From Candidatus Cloacimonadota bacterium (GTDB lineage Bacteria; Cloacimonadota; Cloacimonadia; G963667145): DNA of 64,000 nucleotides. The position numbers and the translations under genes are program-made. The stretch's first letter is position 1. Each line of letters begins with the position of its first letter. A model generated the notes under the pieces. It searched no databases. It saw nothing but the letters and a program-made list of their open reading frames with translations, and was not told the origin of the DNA. Below, piece by piece: positions 39,974 through 52,104 of this stretch. Location of the stretch: the NCBI GenBank assembly GCA_963676615.1, contig OY781092.1:1280001-1344000 (forward strand), written 5' to 3'.

Positions 39974-40588
39974 ATGCAAAAACTTTTTTTAGACCGAGCA
40001 AAACCACTGCACATTTGCAAAGAAAAATCGTGCAGTGGCTGCCAGGTCGCAAGCAAACTAAACTGCCACTTTAGCCTCAAACAGCTAGCTGGATTTTTCG
40101 TCCTAAATCTGCCGCTTTTTTTGTGCGCTGGCTACAGCATCTACCGCCAAAACTTGTTGCTTTTCGTCTTATGGGCAGTTTTCACTTGCCTGTTTTTCAC
40201 CCTTATCGAAATCCGCGTGATGTGCTCGCACTGCCCGCACTATGCCGAACCAACGCTAAAATCGCTCAAATGCTGGGCAAATTATGGCGCTCCAAAAATC
40301 TGGAAATATCGCCCAAATCCAATGTCGGCAACTGAAAAAATTGTTTTCTTCGCTGGCTTCATCATCATTTTGCTACCGCCCGTGCTTATTCTAGTGTTGC
40401 AAAAAAGTTACCTATTTGCAGCGATTTATCTGGCAATGCTCATCGTCTGGAAAATTTTCCTAAAAATTTTCTTCTGCAAAAGATGCTTCAATTTCGCTTG
40501 CCCTTTTAATGTTATTGAACGCTCTGAGCGAAAAGAGTTTTTAGCGAAAATAAAATCACCAAAAATTGAAGAAGGGGAACAAAATTAA
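39974..40588 (+). CDS. Hypothetical Cys-rich membrane protein
   Basis: Four hydrophobic helices with CSHCPHY and CKRC..FACPFN motifs. Confidence 0.65.
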   Translation: MQKLFLDRAKPLHICKEKSCSGCQVASKLNCHFSLKQLAGFFVLNLPLFLCAGYSIYRQNLLLFVLWAVFTCLFFTLIEIRVMCSHCPHYAEPTLKSLKCWANYGAPKIWKYRPNPMSATEKIVFFAGFIIILLPPVLILVLQKSYLFAAIYLAMLIVWKIFLKIFFCKRCFNFACPFNVIERSERKEFLAKIKSPKIEEGEQN

Positions 40589-41810
40589 AGCGTATAGAAA
40601 CAATTTCTCGAAAGAAAATTTTGACGAATATTTGCGGCAAGGCGAACCTCAAAAAGTCGAAAAAGCAAAGCTTTGGAAAACGGCTATCGGCTTACAAGAT
40701 GTGGACGGAATCACTCCTTCGAAATATCTAATCGAAACCGCCCACGAGAACATCAACGGCAACATCACGATTTTTCAAGTCAACGAGCGGATTAACGAAT
40801 ATTATGCACAGGCTCCTGTGAAAAAACCAAAAACCCGCACCGAAGAGGCCGACAAAGTCTCCGCCCGCATTGTTGAAATTTTGAGCGAACAAACTTTTTC
40901 GCTCTCGCCTGTCGAATATGTCGCAATTCACAAACGGCTTTTCCAAGGCGTTTATCGTCATGCAGGAAAAATCCGCAAATACAACATCACGAAAAAAGAG
41001 TGGATTTTGAACGGCGAGACAGTCCTATATGCCAGCGCCAGAACTCTGCAAGCCACGCTAAATTTTGATTTTGATCAGGAGAAAAAATTTAGCTACAAAA
41101 ATCTTTCTCGACCAGAAATCATCGACCACATCGCACATTTTATCAGCTCGTTGTGGCAAATCCATATTTTTGGCGAGGGCAACACGCGCACTACCGCCAT
41201 TTTTTTGATAAAATACCTGCGAAAACTTGGCTTCAAAAATGTCGAAAACGATTTGTTCGAAAAACACGCATGGTATTTTCGCAATGCGCTTGTGCGAGCA
41301 AACTACGAAGATCTCGCCAAAGGAATTTATCGAACGAAAGAATTTTTAGTCAAATTTCTGATGAACCTACTACTCGAGCAACAAAACCCACTAAAGAACC
41401 GAGAAATGCACATTCATTTCCTAGAAAAAAATGCTGACACTGTAAATGACACTGTAAATGACACTGTAAATGACACTGTAAATGACACTGTAAATGACAC
41501 TGTAAATGACACTGTAAATGACACTGTAAATGACACTGTAAATGACACTGTAAATGACACTGTAAATGACACTGTAAATGACACTGTAAATGACACTGTA
41601 AATGACACTGTAAATGACACTGTAAATGACACTGTAAATGACACTGTTTTTCTTTTGATAAAGAAAAACAGTCAAATCACTGCAAAAGAGATAAGCGAAA
41701 AGCTACAAATCAGCTTGAGCACCGCAAAAAGAAAAATCAAAAAGCTAAAAGAAAACGGAAAAATCAAACGAAACGGGAGCGACAAAGCTGGTTACTGGCA
41801 AGTTATTTAA
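40566..41810 (+). CDS. Fic-family protein with N-terminal VbhA-like region, DTVN repeat linker and C-terminal HTH
   Basis: AIGLQDVDG, HIFGEGNTRT, FRNALVRA, ITAKEISEKLQISLSTAKR...GYWQV; start uncertain (TTG). Confidence 0.85.
   Translation: MKKGNKIKAYRNNFSKENFDEYLRQGEPQKVEKAKLWKTAIGLQDVDGITPSKYLIETAHENINGNITIFQVNERINEYYAQAPVKKPKTRTEEADKVSARIVEILSEQTFSLSPVEYVAIHKRLFQGVYRHAGKIRKYNITKKEWILNGETVLYASARTLQATLNFDFDQEKKFSYKNLSRPEIIDHIAHFISSLWQIHIFGEGNTRTTAIFLIKYLRKLGFKNVENDLFEKHAWYFRNALVRANYEDLAKGIYRTKEFLVKFLMNLLLEQQNPLKNREMHIHFLEKNADTVNDTVNDTVNDTVNDTVNDTVNDTVNDTVNDTVNDTVNDTVNDTVNDTVNDTVNDTVNDTVNDTVNDTVFLLIKKNSQITAKEISEKLQISLSTAKRKIKKLKENGKIKRNGSDKAGYWQVI
41436..41647 (+). repeat. Perfect 12-bp tandem repeat GACACTGTAAAT x17 plus 8-nt partial, in frame (DTVN)
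   Basis: Counted in the DNA and in the translation. Confidence 0.97.
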
Positions 41811-41844
41811 CAGAATTTCACAAAAAAATCAAGGATTTACAAAA

Positions 41845-43023
41845 ATGATAAAAAAGATTTGGCAAGTGCCTTTGCTACAGAAAGAAGAACCACAAAATTC
41901 TCACAGATCAGCAACATGGCTGGAGCTATTTTTCGACCTGTTTTTCGTGGCTGTAATCGGCAATCTAAGCCATGAACTCACAAAAAATATCTCCCTGTCT
42001 GGAGTTGAAAATTTTGCTATCAGCTTCATCGCCATTTGGTGGATTTGGATCGGAATCACCATTTACAACGAAAGGTTCGAGACCGATGGAATAGAAAACA
42101 GGCTATTCACCTTTCTGCTGATGATTCCCGTCACTGGCTTGGCAATTTTCTCTCACAATGTAACAGAAGGCAACCTCCAAAATTTTCTGCTATCGTATAT
42201 GATCGCCCGAATTATCATCGTCCTTTTGTGGCTAAGAGCGGGCTATCACAACAAGCCGTTTCGCCCGACATCCAACATCTATATACTGGGATTCAGCGCC
42301 TCGATATTGCTCGTTTTTGCAGGAGCGATGCTGAACTCAAAAATCAGCCTGACCCTCTTTTTGATAGCGCTGATTATCGATTTAGCCACGCCATATTTCA
42401 CCCTCAAACAGCAAGCAAAGCTGCCGCATTTCACCACTTCAAAGCTGCCCGAGCGCTTTGGACTATTCACGATGATTGTGCTGGGCGAGATGGTAATTGG
42501 GCTCATCGGCGGGCTTTCGCATCACAAACATTTCAGCCTCGATTTGCTGCCACTGGGAATTATGGGCATCGTCACTATTTTGGGATTTTGGTGTCTCTAC
42601 TTCGATTTTATCGCGCGGCGTCCTTTCCAACCGAAAATCAAGGTCGCTATTTTGTGGGCGAACGCTCATATGCCGCTGATGATCGCCTTCGTCCTCATCG
42701 GTGTGAGCCTCTACAATTTGCTTGGCTCGGCGTCGCATCTGCACAAAGCGGCGAATTTGCTTCATCTGGGATCGATCGGATTTGCCCTTATTCTCATCGG
42801 ACTTCTCGAACTCACACTCGCGAAAAATCCTGAAAATCCTCATCATCCTCTGCTGAGTCCTGCCCTCAAAATCTGCTCTGGCGTCGTTGGAATTTTCCTT
42901 GCTTTTTTCACTTTTCCGCATTCCGCAGGAGTGATTATGCTCTCGGGCGTCGTCCTCATTGCTATAAATGTTACATACGGCATTTATCGATGGATCCAGC
43001 AAAATAAAGCAAGCTCATTCTAG
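41845..43023 (+). CDS. ltrA: Low temperature requirement protein A family membrane protein
   Basis: ATWLELFFDLFFV, IWWIW, ERFGLFTMIVLGE. Confidence 0.85.
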   Translation: MIKKIWQVPLLQKEEPQNSHRSATWLELFFDLFFVAVIGNLSHELTKNISLSGVENFAISFIAIWWIWIGITIYNERFETDGIENRLFTFLLMIPVTGLAIFSHNVTEGNLQNFLLSYMIARIIIVLLWLRAGYHNKPFRPTSNIYILGFSASILLVFAGAMLNSKISLTLFLIALIIDLATPYFTLKQQAKLPHFTTSKLPERFGLFTMIVLGEMVIGLIGGLSHHKHFSLDLLPLGIMGIVTILGFWCLYFDFIARRPFQPKIKVAILWANAHMPLMIAFVLIGVSLYNLLGSASHLHKAANLLHLGSIGFALILIGLLELTLAKNPENPHHPLLSPALKICSGVVGIFLAFFTFPHSAGVIMLSGVVLIAINVTYGIYRWIQQNKASSF

Positions 43024-43028
43024 CTGCG

Positions 43029-44360
43029 TTATCGCCGTCGCAATCCTTTCGGCAGATAATTATTAAGGCGACCGCCTGCGACTTTGCCCCAACCGATACC
43101 AAAACCATCCACAGCGAGCAAACACCAACCTTTAGGCAAATCTACGCGCAAACTCTCGCCAGCCAGATAATCTCGCAGCAAGGCGTCGTCGCACGATAAA
43201 TCCAAACAGTTCGCAACATCCGAGCTCACCAAAGCCAAAGCCAAAGCGTGAGAAGGTTCAAAGCGCCCCTTAATCTCTTTGCCCAAATGCAAGCCAGCGC
43301 TCAAGGCGTTCAAACCCGCAAAATCGAAGTCTTCGCCAAAATTGCACAAGTAGAGATTGTCGTGCAAAACTCGCAACTCGCCCGAAAAATCTTTCCGCAA
43401 ATTTTCACGAGCAAAATTTTCCCAAGCGTCTCCTATTTTTATGCGTTTCGGACGATTTTTGTAAGACTTTTTCTTAACTTTTGCGCTCTGCGACTCCTTG
43501 CGAAAAACCGCCAAAAAATGCCCTTCGCCCTTGTGAATATGCGGAAACATCTGATACGAGCTAAACTCCCCAAAGCACGCAATATTTTCCACCGTCTGCC
43601 GCGAAAATTCTGGGTGCTCTTGCAAAAAATTTTCCACCTGCTGCTGGTTTTCTGCGGGCGCAAATGTGCAAGTGGAGTAAACGAGCCTGCCGCCGCTTGC
43701 CACCATTTTCGCCGCTTGCGCTAAAATATTCCGCTGCCGTTTGGCGCAACCAAGCACATTCGCACTACTCCAATGCTGCACAGCCGCTGGGTTTTTGCGA
43801 AACAAACCCTCGCCAGAACAAGGCGCATCCACCAAAACTTTGTCGAAAAACCCCACAAACCTCTTGGCTAACTCCTGAGGATCATTGCTCAAAACCACAG
43901 CGCAGCTAGCTCCCACTCGCTGCAAATTTTCCCGCAAAACCTTGGCGCGACTACTCACCAACTCGTTGGCAACCAAAAGCCCACTATTCTGCAATTTCGC
44001 GGCAATTTGCGTCGATTTACCCCCAGGAGCAGCACACAAATCCAGCACCTTCTCCTGCGGCTTGACATCCAGCGCCTCAACAACAGCCATCGCCGACGGA
44101 TCTTGCAGATAATAAAGCCCCGCTTGATGATACGCATGCGCGCCCAATTTGCTCTCCGCCCGACAATAAAAGCCGTTCTGACACCAGTCAATCGGCTGCA
44201 AATCAAACTTCAACCGCAAAATCGAATCGTCGCAAACTTTCAGCGTATTAACCCGCAATCCCTTTGTTGGCGGCATCTGGTAAGATTGCACAAAGCGACA
44301 AAACTCCTCTTGTCCCAAAGTATCCCTCATCCTTTGCAAAAATTCCGCTGGCAACTTCAT
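43029..44360 (-). CDS. RsmF/RsmB-family rRNA m5C methyltransferase
   Basis: YYLQDPSAM, DLCAAPGGKST, DAPCSGEG, YSTCTF, RFEPSHALA, NYLPKGLR. Confidence 0.9.
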   Translation of the reverse strand: MKLPAEFLQRMRDTLGQEEFCRFVQSYQMPPTKGLRVNTLKVCDDSILRLKFDLQPIDWCQNGFYCRAESKLGAHAYHQAGLYYLQDPSAMAVVEALDVKPQEKVLDLCAAPGGKSTQIAAKLQNSGLLVANELVSSRAKVLRENLQRVGASCAVVLSNDPQELAKRFVGFFDKVLVDAPCSGEGLFRKNPAAVQHWSSANVLGCAKRQRNILAQAAKMVASGGRLVYSTCTFAPAENQQQVENFLQEHPEFSRQTVENIACFGEFSSYQMFPHIHKGEGHFLAVFRKESQSAKVKKKSYKNRPKRIKIGDAWENFARENLRKDFSGELRVLHDNLYLCNFGEDFDFAGLNALSAGLHLGKEIKGRFEPSHALALALVSSDVANCLDLSCDDALLRDYLAGESLRVDLPKGWCLLAVDGFGIGWGKVAGGRLNNYLPKGLRRR

Positions 44361-44370
44361 TTCAGTTCCT

Positions 44371-44958
44371 TCAAGCTTTCTCAAAATTCACCCGCAAATC
44401 TGCCAAAATCGCCAAAAAATCTTGCTCCACAGCAATCGGGACAACGACCGTCGCCGCGATCTTGTCGCTATATTCTGGCTCCAAAAGCTCTAGCGCCAAA
44501 CTCTTCAGGCGATAGTTCAAACTGTCCAACTTGTCGTAACTCAAGCGCAAAAAATACCTCTCCTTGGGGATTAACTCCTGCGTGCCAACGGCGTCGATCG
44601 CATCGGCAACCACCGAAGAATACGCCTGAATTAAGCCCGGAATGCCCAGCTTTATGCCGCCAAAATATCGAGTGACCACCACGCAAACATTCGTCAAATG
44701 CCTGACAAGCAAAGCGTTCAACATCGGCTTGCCAGCGCTGCCTGGCGGCTCGCCATCGTCCGAACAATGCAAAACTTCGCCGTCTGCGCCCACGATATAC
44801 GCCCAGCAATTATGCGCAGCGCTTTTGTGCAATCCCGAAATTTCCCGCACTTTCTGTCGCACCTCCTGCGCCGAACTCACACAAAAAAGGTGAGTTATGA
44901 ACTCCGAGCGCCTAATCTTCACGCTCCTTTCCAACTCACCTTTAACAATATACTTCAT
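44371..44958 (-). CDS. yigZ: YigZ/IMPACT family protein
   Basis: HNCWAY, SDDGEP..SAG, TRYFGGIKLG. Confidence 0.9.
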   Translation of the reverse strand: MKYIVKGELERSVKIRRSEFITHLFCVSSAQEVRQKVREISGLHKSAAHNCWAYIVGADGEVLHCSDDGEPPGSAGKPMLNALLVRHLTNVCVVVTRYFGGIKLGIPGLIQAYSSVVADAIDAVGTQELIPKERYFLRLSYDKLDSLNYRLKSLALELLEPEYSDKIAATVVVPIAVEQDFLAILADLRVNFEKA

Positions 44959-44970
44959 TCTCGACTTAGC

Positions 44971-47436
44971 TTAAAAAATCTGCTCCTGCTCGACCTCCGC
45001 CTCGTCGTTCTCGTCCTGCACAATCCGCGTGATGTCATACACCAGATCGTCCTCCTGCAACTTAATCAGGCAAACGCCTTGCGTATTTTTGCTAAAAACC
45101 GAAATCTTTTGCACCGACTGCCGATTGATAATGCCGTTTTTGGTCACGATAATAATGTTGTCCTCGTCCATAACCTCCAGCAGCTTCACCAGTTTGCCGT
45201 TCCGCTGACTCGTCTTAATCGTGATATAGCCCTTCGACGCGCGGCGGGTCGTCTTATAATCGTCCGCGTTCGTCCGCTTGCCATAACCTTTTTCGCACAC
45301 TGCCAGCAAAGTCACATTCTCTCGTCTGAGGATAATCATCGCCACCACCTCGTCGCTATCGCGCAGGGTAATCCCACGAACGCCCTTGGAATTGCGACCA
45401 ACCGTCCGCACTTCGTCCTCGTTAAAACGATTCGCGTAACCGTTCATCGTCGCCAGCAAAATATCGTTGCTTCCGTCGGAAATATCCACATCAACCAGCC
45501 TGTCGCCCTGACCAAGATTTATCGAAATAATCCCGTTGGTGCGCGGCTTGGAAAAATCGCTCAACTTCGACTTCTTCACAATTCCGTCTTTCGTCGCCAT
45601 CACAATGTTTTTGTCCTCGGCAAACTCCGACACATTCAAAAACGCCTGCACCTTCTCGCCAGTTTGCAGCGGCAACAAATTCACCACTGGGCGACCCTTG
45701 GCGGTCCTACTGCCCTGCGGCAAATCGTAAACTTTTTGCCAATAGCACTTTCCGAAATTCGAGAAAAATAAAATGTAGTCGTGCGTTGAGGCGACAAAAA
45801 TATTTTTGATGAAATCGTCGTCCTTCAGCGTCGAGCCCGAAAGCCCTCTGCCGCCGCGATTTTGCGTGCGATAAGTATCCACCGGAATCCGCTTGATGTA
45901 GCCCTCGTTGGAAATCGTCACCACCATATCCTCTTTGGCAATCAAATCCTCGATGCGCATATCCGCTGTGTCGATGCCAATCTCCGTGCGGCGCTCATCG
46001 CCGAACTTTTTCTTCATCTCCAAAGTCTCTTCTTTGATAATCGTCATCCGCAAATCTTTGTCCGCCAAAATCCCCTCGAGTTCCTTCACCAGCGCCAAAG
46101 TCGCCTGATAATCGTTCTCGATTTTCTCTCGTTCCAGACCAGTCAAGCGTTGCAGACGCATCTCCAAAATCGCCTTCGCCTGTATCGCACTCAGAGCAAA
46201 CTTGCTCTCCAACTGCTCCTGCGCCTGAACATTATTGGCAGACGCCCTGATCGTGGCGATCACCTCGTCGATATTATCCAGCGCAATGCGATAGCCTTCC
46301 AAAAGATGCAGCTTGTGCTTGGCGTTCTTCAGGCGATACTGCGTCCTGCGCTCCACCACATTGTGCCGAAAATCGATAAAATTTTGCACAAGCTCGGGCA
46401 TATTCAGCACTTTCGGCTCGCCGTCCACCAAAGCCAAGTTAATCACGCTAAAAGTCTGTTGCAGCTGCGTGTATTTATAGAGCTTATTCAGCACGACATC
46501 GGCGTTAAAGCCCTTTTTGACCTTCACCACCAGGCGCATTCCCTGGCGTCCGCTCTCATCGCGAACATCCGAAATATCCTCGATTTTCTTCTCTTTAACC
46601 AGCGACGCAATCTTCTCGATGAGCAAAGTTTTATTCAGCTGATACGGAATCTCGTGGATGATAATCTGCTGAATATTGTTCGACTTATTCTCGATAAAAG
46701 CTTTTCCCTTCAGCCTAATTTTGCCGCGTCCAGTAGCGAAATAATCGTCAATTCCAGCCGTGCCAGCGATAACGCCGCCTGTTGGAAAATCTGGACCCTT
46801 GATATATGCCCGCAAGCCTTTTGCGTCAAGTTCGGGATTGTCAACTTTGGCGATAATCGCATCGCAAATCTCGTTCATATTGTGCGGCGCCATCGAAGTC
46901 GCCATCCCCACAGCGATACCCGAGCTCCCGTTCACCAAAAGGTTCGGAATCTTCGTCGGAAAAACTTCGGGCTCTTGTTGCGTCTCGTCGTAGTTGAACT
47001 TAAAGTTGACCGTCTCTTCGCCCAGCTCATCCATCAACTCGACCGAAGTTTTCTGCAATTTCGCCTCTGTATAACGCATCGCCGCTGGCGGATCACCGTC
47101 TATCGAGCCAAAGTTACCCTGCCCGTTAACCAGCATATACCGCATATTCCATGGCTGCGCCATCCGCACCAAAGTCGGATACACCACCTGCTCACCGTGC
47201 GGGTGAAAGTTTCCCGAGGTATCACCTGCAATCTTCGCACACTTCCGAAATCCTCCGCCGGGACGCAAATTCAACTGCTCCATCGCATACAAAATCCGCC
47301 GCTGCGACGGCTTGAGCCCGTCTCGCACATCAGGCAAAGCCCGCGAAACGATCACGCTCATCGAATATTCCATATACGACTTTTTGAGCTGATCCTCAAT
47401 CTCGATATTTACAATTTTAGAACTTTCATCAAACAT
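44971..47436 (-). CDS. gyrA: DNA gyrase subunit A
   Basis: RALPDVRDGLKP, HPHGE, AAMRYTE, GyrA box QNRGGRG. Confidence 0.97.
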   Translation of the reverse strand: MFDESSKIVNIEIEDQLKKSYMEYSMSVIVSRALPDVRDGLKPSQRRILYAMEQLNLRPGGGFRKCAKIAGDTSGNFHPHGEQVVYPTLVRMAQPWNMRYMLVNGQGNFGSIDGDPPAAMRYTEAKLQKTSVELMDELGEETVNFKFNYDETQQEPEVFPTKIPNLLVNGSSGIAVGMATSMAPHNMNEICDAIIAKVDNPELDAKGLRAYIKGPDFPTGGVIAGTAGIDDYFATGRGKIRLKGKAFIENKSNNIQQIIIHEIPYQLNKTLLIEKIASLVKEKKIEDISDVRDESGRQGMRLVVKVKKGFNADVVLNKLYKYTQLQQTFSVINLALVDGEPKVLNMPELVQNFIDFRHNVVERRTQYRLKNAKHKLHLLEGYRIALDNIDEVIATIRASANNVQAQEQLESKFALSAIQAKAILEMRLQRLTGLEREKIENDYQATLALVKELEGILADKDLRMTIIKEETLEMKKKFGDERRTEIGIDTADMRIEDLIAKEDMVVTISNEGYIKRIPVDTYRTQNRGGRGLSGSTLKDDDFIKNIFVASTHDYILFFSNFGKCYWQKVYDLPQGSRTAKGRPVVNLLPLQTGEKVQAFLNVSEFAEDKNIVMATKDGIVKKSKLSDFSKPRTNGIISINLGQGDRLVDVDISDGSNDILLATMNGYANRFNEDEVRTVGRNSKGVRGITLRDSDEVVAMIILRRENVTLLAVCEKGYGKRTNADDYKTTRRASKGYITIKTSQRNGKLVKLLEVMDEDNIIIVTKNGIINRQSVQKISVFSKNTQGVCLIKLQEDDLVYDITRIVQDENDEAEVEQEQIF

Positions 47437-47448
47437 TTCTACTTCCTC

Positions 47449-49422
<1,974 letters not shown>

Positions 49423-49587
49423 TCAAGATAAAAAAAAGTGAAGAAACGAAATAGACGCTTTTTTTCGCTTCTTTTTTCGCATTTTAATTTTTCAAAGCGT
49501 GCGATAACCTCTGCAAAAGAAAATTTTAAAAATCGCCGCAAATTTTTCGTATTTCCAGAAAATTCGCTGCCGAAAATTTTTCAGCGA

Positions 49588-50817
49588 CTAAACCACCTCA
49601 ATCAAAAAATACCGCTTTTTGCCCGCTTTCAAAATAATTTTCCCGTCCTTAATCATCTGCAGCTCAACCTTCGCCTCGATATCCTTAATCTGCACCTCGT
49701 TAACCCGCGCACCGCCCTGCTCCATCAGCCGCCGTGCTGCCGATTTCGACTTGCACAAATCCGTCATCGCATACAAATCCACAAGAGCAAGCCCCTGCTC
49801 AATCTCCTGCGCCTTTACCTGCAAAGTCGGCATACCGCTCAAATCCTTCTCTGCACCAGCGTCAAACATCGACCGTGCCGCAGCCAAAGCGCTCTCTGCT
49901 GCCTCCTGCCCGTGAATAATCTTCGTCTGTTCATACGCCAGCCGCTGCTTCACCTCGTTCAGCTCTTGCCCCTGCAGCCCCTCGTATTTGCGAATCTCGT
50001 CCATCTCCAAAAATGTAAACATCTTCAAAAACCGCAAAGCGTCATCGTCGGGAACATTCCGCCAATACTGAAAATAGTCGTAAGCCGAAAACAACTTTTC
50101 GTCCAAGAAAACAGCGCCTTTCTCGCTTTTACCCATCTTTTTTCCGTCGGCTCTGGTAATCAGCGGAAAAGTCAGCCCGAAAGCCTCTTTGCCCAAAATG
50201 CGACGAATCAGATCAACGCCCGCAACGATATTCCCCCACTGGTCGTCGCCGCCCATCTGCATCGTGCAACCATAATCGCGACACAAAACCATAAAATCGT
50301 AGGACTGCAAAAGCTGATAGTTAAACTCGATGAACGACAAACCACGCTCAAGCCGCTGTTTATACGCCTCAAAGCTCAACATTTTATTCACCGAAAAATG
50401 TTTGCCAATGTCCCGCAAAAAATCGATATAGTTCAAATCCAAAAGCCAGTCCTTGTTGTTCGCCACCTGCGCGGTTGGTTTGGACAAATCGACAACTTTC
50501 CCCAGCTGTGCGGCGATTTTTTCCGAATTGCTCTGAATTTGTTCCTTGCTGAGCATCTTCCGCATCTCCGTCTTGCCCGAAGGATCGCCAATCATCGCTG
50601 TGCCGCCGCCCAAAAGCGCAATCACCTTGTGCCCTGCCTCCTGCAAATGATGAAAAGCAAAAAACGGCACGATATGCCCAATATGCAGCGACTCGCCCGT
50701 CGGATCAACCCCCACATAAATCGTCGCCTTGCCGTTATTCAAAAGCTCCCGCACCTTCTGCTCGTCCGTGCATTGCTTAAAAAAACCACGCTCTTTTAAA
50801 GTTTCAAAAACTCCCAT
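49588..50817 (-). CDS. tyrS: Tyrosine--tRNA ligase
   Basis: HIGH, YQLLQSYDF, QMGGDDQWGN, KMGKS, C-terminal S4 domain. Confidence 0.97.
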   Translation of the reverse strand: MGVFETLKERGFFKQCTDEQKVRELLNNGKATIYVGVDPTGESLHIGHIVPFFAFHHLQEAGHKVIALLGGGTAMIGDPSGKTEMRKMLSKEQIQSNSEKIAAQLGKVVDLSKPTAQVANNKDWLLDLNYIDFLRDIGKHFSVNKMLSFEAYKQRLERGLSFIEFNYQLLQSYDFMVLCRDYGCTMQMGGDDQWGNIVAGVDLIRRILGKEAFGLTFPLITRADGKKMGKSEKGAVFLDEKLFSAYDYFQYWRNVPDDDALRFLKMFTFLEMDEIRKYEGLQGQELNEVKQRLAYEQTKIIHGQEAAESALAAARSMFDAGAEKDLSGMPTLQVKAQEIEQGLALVDLYAMTDLCKSKSAARRLMEQGGARVNEVQIKDIEAKVELQMIKDGKIILKAGKKRYFLIEVV

Positions 50818-50838
50818 TTTTCCAACCTCACAAATTTT

Positions 50839-52104
50839 TTATTTCGTCAAAACCGCCACGCTCTCGATATGAGCCGTCAGCGGAAACATATCCACGCCCT
50901 GCAAACTCTGCAAAACAAAGCCAGCCTCAATCAAAAAATCCAAATCTCGCTTTTGCGTTGCGGGATTGCAACTCACATACACAATCTTCTTTGCGCCCGA
51001 GCACGCAACCGCCTGCACCAGCTCACGCTGCAAACCCACACGCGGCGGATCAAAAATCACCGTATCGACTTTTGGCAACCCAGCAAACTCCTGCTCCACT
51101 TTGCCGTGCACCAGCCGCACATTCTCTGCGCCGTTCAGCGCCAAATTCGCCCGCGCGTTCGCCACAGCCTGCTCGTTCTCCTCGATGCACCACACCTGCC
51201 CAGCTCGCCTGCTGATGTAGATACCGATGCTGCTCACACCACTGTAGGCGTCCAGCACCACATCGTCCTCGCCAATTTCGCCCAAAATCTTGTCGTAAAG
51301 ATTTTTCACCTGAAACCTATTTATCTGAAAAAACGATAGATACGAACACCGAAAACGAAAATCGCCGATCTGCTCCTCCACCCAATCTTTGCCCCAAATC
51401 AGCTTCTGCTCGCTGCCAAAAATCTTGTTCCCGTCGCTCTGATTGATGTTTTGCACAATGCCCACCAAATTCGGCAAAACTTTCCGTGCCTCACGCTCCA
51501 AAACTTTGGAAAAAGGCAACCGTCGCAACTTGGTAACCAACACCAAAACCAGCTCTCCGCCAGCCGAAAGCCGCATCCCCACATAGCGCAAACTGCCTTT
51601 GCGGCTCCTTTGATCATACGGCTGCAAGCCCGATTTGCGCAGATAATCACGCACCAAAACTTGCACCTTGTCAAAAATCTCGGGATGCAAAAAACAGCCC
51701 TTCACCTGCAAAACGCTATGCGAACGGGGCTTATAGACGCCCAAGCGCCCATTTGCGTCCACAGGCAGCACAACCTTATTCCGATAAAAAAGATGCGGCT
51801 GGGAACCCAAAAGCGAAACCTCACGACCAAAAATCTCTCGCAAAATCTCCCTTTTAAACTCCAACTGCGCCGAATAATCCACTCCACTCCAGATGCAACC
51901 CCCGCAATCGTCATAGCCGCAACCATCGCATCGCACCGCCGCTTTCTGCAAAAAACTCTCCACCTTGGCAATCAAAACGCCCGCTCGGCGATGCACCACC
52001 TGCACGCTCACATCGTCGCCTGGCACAGCTCCTCGCACAAAATAGGTCTTCCCCTGCTCGTGCGCAAGCCCATAGCCGCCTGCCACCACTTTTTCGATCA
52101 ACAC
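50839..52104 (-). CDS. rlmD: 23S rRNA (uracil-5)-methyltransferase RlmD
   Basis: TRAM start, CGGC, YRNK, FFQIN, DPPR, YVSCNPAT, DMFP.T.HIE. Confidence 0.9.
   Translation of the reverse strand: MLIEKVVAGGYGLAHEQGKTYFVRGAVPGDDVSVQVVHRRAGVLIAKVESFLQKAAVRCDGCGYDDCGGCIWSGVDYSAQLEFKREILREIFGREVSLLGSQPHLFYRNKVVLPVDANGRLGVYKPRSHSVLQVKGCFLHPEIFDKVQVLVRDYLRKSGLQPYDQRSRKGSLRYVGMRLSAGGELVLVLVTKLRRLPFSKVLEREARKVLPNLVGIVQNINQSDGNKIFGSEQKLIWGKDWVEEQIGDFRFRCSYLSFFQINRFQVKNLYDKILGEIGEDDVVLDAYSGVSSIGIYISRRAGQVWCIEENEQAVANARANLALNGAENVRLVHGKVEQEFAGLPKVDTVIFDPPRVGLQRELVQAVACSGAKKIVYVSCNPATQKRDLDFLIEAGFVLQSLQGVDMFPLTAHIESVAVLTK

Noticed and set aside
41436..41647. CRISPR array
   Set aside because: 12-bp units are contiguous with no spacers, lie in frame inside a gene, and no cas genes are nearby
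41414..41675. Minus-strand ORFs of (SFTV)n and (VIYS)n
   Set aside because: Shadows of the stop-free tandem repeat
38094..43023. Integron cassette array
   Set aside because: No attC-like palindromes or integrase; intergenic gaps are too short
50818..50838. T-box leader for tyrS
   Set aside because: Only 21 nt separate rlmD and tyrS
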